Of a stretch of DNA of 64,000 nt, positions 58,205-64,000 are shown piece after piece. Position numbers and translations under genes: made by a program. This DNA is from a virus: the IMG/VR virus record IMGVR_UViG_3300033182_000581, positions 1 to 64,000 of that record, one strand, 5' to 3'. The notes below the pieces were generated by a model. The model did not search any database, was not told where the DNA came from, and saw nothing but the letters and a program-made list of their open reading frames with translations. Positions within the stretch are counted from its first letter, which is position 1; each line of letters opens with the position of its first letter.

Positions 58205-59409
58205 TGGATATTAAAGAAGTTTTTAAGAAATATTATAATATGAAACCATATCTTCAGATTGAAGAAGATGAGTGGCAACATATTATTACTACTTATGAAA
58301 AAGATGAGGTGGTTGATGAACTCGCCAAATGTTTACATACATACCCATGTCCAATACCAGAAATATCTGAAGAAGAAACTCTTAAATCTTTAAAGTTATT
58401 AAAAGGTGTAAAGTGGCCTAAATTACTTATTGAAAAGGAGTGGTTTCCTCGAAATGAGAGAAAATCAAAATACCCTTTAACCGAAAAATACTTTAAAAGA
58501 GATAATAGCGGAAACAACGCATCAAACCCATTTCACATTGAAAATAGATGGAAGGTGGATTGGACACGTAGTCCATCTGGTTGGAGAACCTGGCAGACGG
58601 TAGATGGTATCAAAACAATTGTTCGTGCATTTTGGAGTTTAGAGCAGGTTTTAACAAAAGTAGATTTACAATCAATTAGAATGGCAACCACTCTACGCAA
58701 GTATGTGGCTTCTCAATTTAAACCATCGATTGCAAAAGTATTTTATGATTATTTTAAATCAGAAAATGTATTAGATTTTTCAGCAGGTTGGGGTGATAGG
58801 TTGGCCGGGTTCTATTGTGGTGAAACTACAAAACATTATGTTGGTATTGACCCCAATACATTAAATCATCCAAATTATAAAAAACAGATTGAGTTCTATA
58901 AGAAACATCAAACTTTTTTTGAAGAACCAAAGCAGGTGGATTTAATTTGTATGCCCGCAGAAGATGTAGATTTTTCTAAGTACGAAAACCACTTTGATAC
59001 TGTATTTACATCCCCACCATATTTCGATGTTGAACGATATTCGGATGAGGATACACAAAGTTGGGTAAGGTATAAAAATATAGATGATTGGAATAAAAAC
59101 TTTTTACATAAAACACTTGGTAATATCATTCCAGCTGTAAAAAAAGGTGGTATATTGGCAATCAATATTGCGGATGTTTGGTCTGCAAAAGATAAGGATT
59201 ACTTTGAGATTTGTAATCCTATGAATGAGTTTTTAGAATCACAAGGATTAACATATTATGGTTGTATCGGAATGGAGATGACAAAGAGATTTAATTCAGG
59301 TGGTGCAGGAAATGCTAAGAGTGAGTATTTTGAGGAACATTTAAAAGAAACAACTGAAGAGAAAAAAGATGTTGCTTTTGGTGAACCGATTTGGATTTTT
59401 AAAAAATAA
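58204..59409 (+). CDS. SAM-dependent amino-methyltransferase paralogue 2
   Basis: Same motifs, co-linear with paralogue 1. GTG 58204 overlaps the previous TAG and aligns the two N-termini. Confidence 0.85.
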   Translation: MDIKEVFKKYYNMKPYLQIEEDEWQHIITTYEKDEVVDELAKCLHTYPCPIPEISEEETLKSLKLLKGVKWPKLLIEKEWFPRNERKSKYPLTEKYFKRDNSGNNASNPFHIENRWKVDWTRSPSGWRTWQTVDGIKTIVRAFWSLEQVLTKVDLQSIRMATTLRKYVASQFKPSIAKVFYDYFKSENVLDFSAGWGDRLAGFYCGETTKHYVGIDPNTLNHPNYKKQIEFYKKHQTFFEEPKQVDLICMPAEDVDFSKYENHFDTVFTSPPYFDVERYSDEDTQSWVRYKNIDDWNKNFLHKTLGNIIPAVKKGGILAINIADVWSAKDKDYFEICNPMNEFLESQGLTYYGCIGMEMTKRFNSGGAGNAKSEYFEEHLKETTEEKKDVAFGEPIWIFKK

Positions 59410-59421
59410 TTTGTATATTTA
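59390..59421 (+). promoter_or_regulatory. Bacteroidota-type promoter before polB
   Basis: TTTG-N20-TATATTTA. Confidence 0.7.
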
Positions 59422-59425
59422 ACGT

Positions 59426-61933
59426 ATGTATCAAAATGTGTATTGGGAAAAAGAGGGGGGAATCGTCCATTGTTGGGATGATGAGAAAGGTTACTTTACA
59501 AAGAAGTATAGAAATTATGCTTATGTAAGGGATGGTAATGGTTCTTATCAATCCATTTATGGTGAAAGATTAAAGAAAATCAACTTTTGGAAAAAGGAAG
59601 ATAATCTGAAACTTTACGAATCAGATGTAAATGAGATGACCCGTTTCCTAATTGATGAGTATGGTGATTCTGATGAAGTATCAAACGGACATGTAATTAT
59701 GACATTTGATATTGAGGTAGAAATGAATTCAGGCCTACCAGATACCAATGAAGCCCAAAACACAATGACATCAGTTGCGTTCCACGACTCTGCAACAAAT
59801 GATTACTTTGTATATGTTGTAAATGAAGGTGAAGAGATAAATAAAACCATTAAGGGTGCAAAGGTTCGTTCATTCCGTTCTGAAGAAGATATGTTAATTG
59901 CATTCTTAAACAGTTGGGAAGAGATTTCACCCACTATCATCACCGGGTGGAACATTGATTTCTTTGATGTTACTTATCTATACAATCGATTGAAGAGATT
60001 GTTTGGTACATCAACTGCAAACAGATTATCACCAATCAAAAAAGTACATTGGAATAAGTATCGTAATAGATATATCATTGCAGGTGTATCTGCATTAGAT
60101 TATATTGCGTTGTATAAAAACTTCACATATACAGAACTACCTAATTACCGATTAGACACTGTCGCAAGAGAAGAACTAAACAGAGGTAAGGTTGAGTACG
60201 ATGGGAACTTAGACCAACTATTTAGAGATGATTTAGAAAAGTTTATTGAGTATAACTTAGTGGATGTGGAGTTGGTTGTTGATATGGATAAGAAACTTCA
60301 GTTCATTGATTTGGCACGTGCAATTTGCCATGCAGGACACGTATTCTATGAAGATTTCCTATTCTCATCAAAGTGGTTAGAAGGTGCGATTCTAACATTC
60401 CTAAGAAGAAGTGGTAGGGTGGCACCTGATAAACCGCAAAGGAAACAATCAACTGATGGTGGTTCGGATTCATTTGCTGGTGCGTATGTAAAAGAACCAA
60501 AACCTGGTCTTTACAAATGGATATATGATTTGGATTTAACATCACTATACCCATCTATTATTATGACAATAAACATATCACCCGAAACAAAGGTGGGTAA
60601 AGTAAAGGGATATTCTGTTGATTCTCATATGAAATCCCAAATAGAATCATATAGTATTGTTGAAGATAGTGGTAGAGAATTACCAGCTATGGAAAAATCA
60701 AAGTTTGAAGATTTTATTTCTAATACAAACCTATCCATAGCATCAAATGGTGTACTATATACGCAGGATAAGGTAGGTGTAATACCTGAGATTCTTAACG
60801 TATGGTTTGATAAGAGGGTTGAGTATAAAGACCTGATGAAGAAATATGGTAAAGAGGGTAATACCAAATTGTACAACTTCTATTCCCAAAGACAGTTAGT
60901 TCAAAAGATTATGTTGAACTCACTTTATGGAGTATTGGGATTACCATCATTTAGATTCTATGATGTGGATAACGCAGAGGCCGTAACACTTACAGGTCAA
61001 ACTGTAATTAAAACAACTGAGTTGATTGCAAACCAATATTATAGTCAAAATATTGGAGAAACAAAAGATTACAACATATATGTTGATACTGATTCTGTAT
61101 TCTATGAGGCAGCACCATTGGTTAAATCGAGAAATCCAAACATAGATGTAAACTCAGATGAACAAATGATTCCTGCAATTCTATCGGTTGCTAAGGAAGT
61201 ACAAGACCACATTAATAAAACTTATGATGTGATGTCAAAACGTATGTTCAATGTGGCTAATCATAGATTTGATATTAAGCAGGAAACTATTGCAAAGGGT
61301 GGTTTTTGGGTATCAAAGAAAAGATACGCTCAATGGATTATCAACGATAATACTGTGAATTGTGATAAGTTGGATGTGAAAGGGTTGGATGTTAAACGTA
61401 GTTCATTCCCAACTTATTTCAAAGAAGTGATGAGTACCGTACTGATGGATATTCTAAAGGATGAGGATAAAGATAAAATTGATGATTATATTCTATCTAA
61501 GAGAGATGAAATGAAAACTATCAACTTTATCGATATAGCAAAGAACTCAGCAGTTAAGGATATGAGTAAGTACCAATTTAAGAATCAGGCAATTGGTGAG
61601 TTTATGAAAGGAACACCTGCACACGTTAAGGCAGCACTTACATATAACCAATTACTGAAGTATTATAATGCACCTTACAAATACGAACCGATGAAAGATG
61701 GTGATAAGATTAAGTGGGTGTATTTAAAAAACAACCCATTAGGATTAGGTTCTGTTGGGTTAACGGGTTATAACGACCCAAAAGAGATTTTGGATTTGGT
61801 GGAACAATACATTGATTATGACTTAATCTGGCAAAAAGAATTAGAAAATAAGTTAGATGATTTCTACAATGCAATGGATTGGGAGAAACCAAATCCAAAT
61901 ATGGCTAAAGCATCAAAGTTTTTTGGATTTTAA
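59426..61933 (+). CDS. gp43: family B DNA polymerase
   Basis: Exonuclease motifs FDIE, GWN..FFD, YN..DV; polymerase motifs DLTSLYPS, K..LNSLYG, YVDTDS, KKRY. Confidence 0.96.
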   Translation: MYQNVYWEKEGGIVHCWDDEKGYFTKKYRNYAYVRDGNGSYQSIYGERLKKINFWKKEDNLKLYESDVNEMTRFLIDEYGDSDEVSNGHVIMTFDIEVEMNSGLPDTNEAQNTMTSVAFHDSATNDYFVYVVNEGEEINKTIKGAKVRSFRSEEDMLIAFLNSWEEISPTIITGWNIDFFDVTYLYNRLKRLFGTSTANRLSPIKKVHWNKYRNRYIIAGVSALDYIALYKNFTYTELPNYRLDTVAREELNRGKVEYDGNLDQLFRDDLEKFIEYNLVDVELVVDMDKKLQFIDLARAICHAGHVFYEDFLFSSKWLEGAILTFLRRSGRVAPDKPQRKQSTDGGSDSFAGAYVKEPKPGLYKWIYDLDLTSLYPSIIMTINISPETKVGKVKGYSVDSHMKSQIESYSIVEDSGRELPAMEKSKFEDFISNTNLSIASNGVLYTQDKVGVIPEILNVWFDKRVEYKDLMKKYGKEGNTKLYNFYSQRQLVQKIMLNSLYGVLGLPSFRFYDVDNAEAVTLTGQTVIKTTELIANQYYSQNIGETKDYNIYVDTDSVFYEAAPLVKSRNPNIDVNSDEQMIPAILSVAKEVQDHINKTYDVMSKRMFNVANHRFDIKQETIAKGGFWVSKKRYAQWIINDNTVNCDKLDVKGLDVKRSSFPTYFKEVMSTVLMDILKDEDKDKIDDYILSKRDEMKTINFIDIAKNSAVKDMSKYQFKNQAIGEFMKGTPAHVKAALTYNQLLKYYNAPYKYEPMKDGDKIKWVYLKNNPLGLGSVGLTGYNDPKEILDLVEQYIDYDLIWQKELENKLDDFYNAMDWEKPNPNMAKASKFFGF

Positions 61934-61965
61934 TTTGGATAGTTCAAAAAGTTTTTGTATATTTG
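61934..61965 (+). promoter_or_regulatory. Bacteroidota-type promoter before clamp gene
   Basis: TTTG-N20-TATATTTG. Confidence 0.8.
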
Positions 61966-61995
61966 TATCAATTAATTATTTAAAAGTTTAAAATT

Positions 61996-62709
61996 ATGGA
62001 AAAAGTTCGTGTAAACCGATTTATTCAGAAGTACAACCTTGCTGGGTTAATCGAATCTGTGAAGTGGGGTGTCGAGGGAGACACATTAACCACGCAATTT
62101 ATTTCAGATGACAAATCCGTGCTAGGTAATGTTACTATGACAGGTTTTGATTTTGAAGATGGTGAGTATGGTATTTACGATACCACAAAGTTCACCAAAA
62201 TGTTATCAGTATTATCAAATGATGTAGATATCACTCCATCTAAGTTTGATGGTAAGGTAACTGCCATTGATTTATCTGATAAAGGTACATCGGCAACTTA
62301 TATGTTGGCAGACCTCTCAGTTATTCCAGTTGTTCCTGATTTGAAACAACTACCACCATTCGATGTTCAAATTGATATCGATTCTACATTTGTAGATAGA
62401 TTCAATAAGGCAAAGAGTGCTCTTTCTGATGAGAAAAACTTTACATTCCAATGTAAGGGTGGTAATGGTAAAATCATCATTGGTTATTCTAAAACCAATA
62501 CTAACAGAATCTCTATTGATGTAAATTGTAAATGTGAAAACGATGTAGATGGTATTTCATTCTCAGCAGATTTCTTAAAAGAAATTCTAAATGCAAATAG
62601 AGATGCATCTTCGGCATCATTAAAGATTTCAACACAAGGATTGGCTAACCTAAAATTCGATGTAGACAATTATACATCTGAATATTACTTAGTAGAGGTA
62701 CAATCATAA
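61996..62709 (+). CDS. gp45: sliding clamp (gp45/PCNA-like)
   Basis: GIYD...F..MLS motif, two-domain clamp size (237 aa), adjacent to PolB. Confidence 0.75.
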   Translation: MEKVRVNRFIQKYNLAGLIESVKWGVEGDTLTTQFISDDKSVLGNVTMTGFDFEDGEYGIYDTTKFTKMLSVLSNDVDITPSKFDGKVTAIDLSDKGTSATYMLADLSVIPVVPDLKQLPPFDVQIDIDSTFVDRFNKAKSALSDEKNFTFQCKGGNGKIIIGYSKTNTNRISIDVNCKCENDVDGISFSADFLKEILNANRDASSASLKISTQGLANLKFDVDNYTSEYYLVEVQS

Positions 62710-64000
62710 TGAATCATTTTTACGAACGTTCACAGTTTTCCACATTTAAATCCAATACAACTTATCATCAGTTACTACAAATGACTGATGATGAGTTTGT
62801 GGATTGGGCTCGTACGCTTCGTAAAGAGGTTACAGAGCAGTGGGATGAAAGAGGTACTCCACCTGTTATAGGTAAGAATGAGAAAGGTATCATAACTTCT
62901 ATGAAAAAACTTAAATCCAACTCTGCAGATTATTGGGAGAAAGATTTGAGTGGAGATAGTGGTTCATTGGGTATCATCAAAAATTTCAATAAAGATGCAT
63001 CAGTTGTAAATCAGTTTTTCCCAACAATGTTAAAAACTAAGATTTCAATTGGTAAATCTGCAGATGGTGGGTTGAGTATTTATGACCATTTCTCAGACCC
63101 CGATATGGAAGATAAGTTCGTAAAGATTATGAAACGGTCTGTAAAAAGGGATTCAATGTATTCCTGGTCGCGTTCTATTGTTAATAAGAGGGATGAGAAC
63201 CCATTTTGGAATGGTCAAACTGGATATGATTTTGTAAAAGAAGTACATGATGGTAAAATATTCAATGGGAAATATTCTAATTACTCAATAGTTCTTGCAA
63301 AGGTAAAAGAAGATACTTTAGAGAATTATGGAACTTTCAACGCAGAGTATGTTGGGTTTAGTAATCTTTATTTATCTGCAGATGAAGTTAATGAACTAAA
63401 AGATGGTGGGTATCTGAACCAAACCCAATTATCAAACATCGATAAAATAGAACCATCATATGAACTAAAAGATGGTACTAAGAAGAATTATCACTATTTA
63501 ATTCGATGGTATGATAAGACAGTTGGTATATTCCCTAAAATACTTCAGGTATTTAGATTAGGATGTGGACAACCCGCAGTTAACTTCCCGGCCCTTACTG
63601 CTAAATGGATTTATGAAAACTATACATCACATATTGAGCAAGATGAACCATTAAACATTTATGATTCATCTGCAGGTTGGGGTGGTAGAATTATGGGTGC
63701 TATGAGTAGTAGAAAGAAAATCCACTACATTGGAACTGACCCAAATCCCGATAACTTTATTGATGAATTAGGTATCACACGATATGAATATCTTGCAGAT
63801 TTCTACAATAAAAATTGTGTTGATGATTTCTCAGATAAACTAACAACATTCTTTAATGTAGAAAAACAATCTAATACATATGATGTTTATCAAGAGGGTT
63901 CTGAATTAATTCAACATAATCCAAACTTTCAGAAGTATAAAGGTAAGTTGGATTTGGCGTTCACATCACCGCCGTACTTTAATAGAGAACAATATTCACA
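62709..64000 (+). CDS. third SPPY-type methyltransferase (3'-truncated; absent from the ORF track)
   Basis: ATG 62709 overlaps the clamp stop. Reads MNHFYERS...AVNFPALTAK...IYDSSAGWGGR...YIGTDPN...LAFTSPPYFNREQYS to the window end. Confidence 0.85.
   Translation, partial: MNHFYERSQFSTFKSNTTYHQLLQMTDDEFVDWARTLRKEVTEQWDERGTPPVIGKNEKGIITSMKKLKSNSADYWEKDLSGDSGSLGIIKNFNKDASVVNQFFPTMLKTKISIGKSADGGLSIYDHFSDPDMEDKFVKIMKRSVKRDSMYSWSRSIVNKRDENPFWNGQTGYDFVKEVHDGKIFNGKYSNYSIVLAKVKEDTLENYGTFNAEYVGFSNLYLSADEVNELKDGGYLNQTQLSNIDKIEPSYELKDGTKKNYHYLIRWYDKTVGIFPKILQVFRLGCGQPAVNFPALTAKWIYENYTSHIEQDEPLNIYDSSAGWGGRIMGAMSSRKKIHYIGTDPNPDNFIDELGITRYEYLADFYNKNCVDDFSDKLTTFFNVEKQSNTYDVYQEGSELIQHNPNFQKYKGKLDLAFTSPPYFNREQYS

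Noticed and set aside
48466-61933. Introns or inteins in nrdA, nrdB or polB
   Set aside because: ORFs are uninterrupted and of normal or short length, with no intein or homing-endonuclease insertions evident.
70-62669. Numerous minus-strand and nested alternative-frame ORFs in the ORF track (e.g. 15785..16435, 33633..34376, 37119..37703)
   Set aside because: All overlap well-supported + strand genes and look like antisense shadows of biased codon usage; no recognisable motifs or expression signals.
1-64000. Stop-codon reassignment, as seen in some large Bacteroidota phages
   Set aside because: Conserved genes are full length in the standard code, and TAG/TGA terminate genes at expected ends.
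1-64000. tRNA or rRNA genes
   Set aside because: Intergenic gaps are short and no cloverleaf with a T-loop GTTCRA in a suitable context was seen.

Overview
This is a 64 kb, AT-rich segment of a large T4-like contractile-tailed phage, with every credible gene on the + strand. Ten TTTG-N19/20-TAnnTTTG-like promoters point to a Bacteroidota host. Positions 1-38.3 kb are the late/virion region: a probable head polyprotein, a phage-encoded ribosomal protein bS21, scaffold, gp23 capsid, PhoH, fibre proteins, three LamG lectins, neck, sheath, tube, tape measure and baseplate genes. Many of these are preceded by a recurring TATTTATA box and a GGAG Shine-Dalgarno (SD) site. Positions 38.3-64 kb are the early/replication region: small ORFs, a divergent family A polymerase, SSB, UvsX, 5'-3' exonuclease, helicase, class I RNR, thioredoxin, PolB and clamp. 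This region also holds a candidate DNA-hypermodification cluster: NTP-pyrophosphatase, dCMP-type thymidylate-synthase homologue, AsnB-like amidotransferase, PLP enzyme, a possible GHKL-nuclease and three SPPY methyltransferases. Two findings stand out. (1) An apparent translational switch: several replication genes look leaderless or SD-free while core late genes carry SD sites, and the phage bS21 appears to lack the Bacteroidia Tyr that hides the anti-SD. (2) A possibly new cytosine-modification pathway. All protein calls come from motif recognition by eye; no database searches were run.
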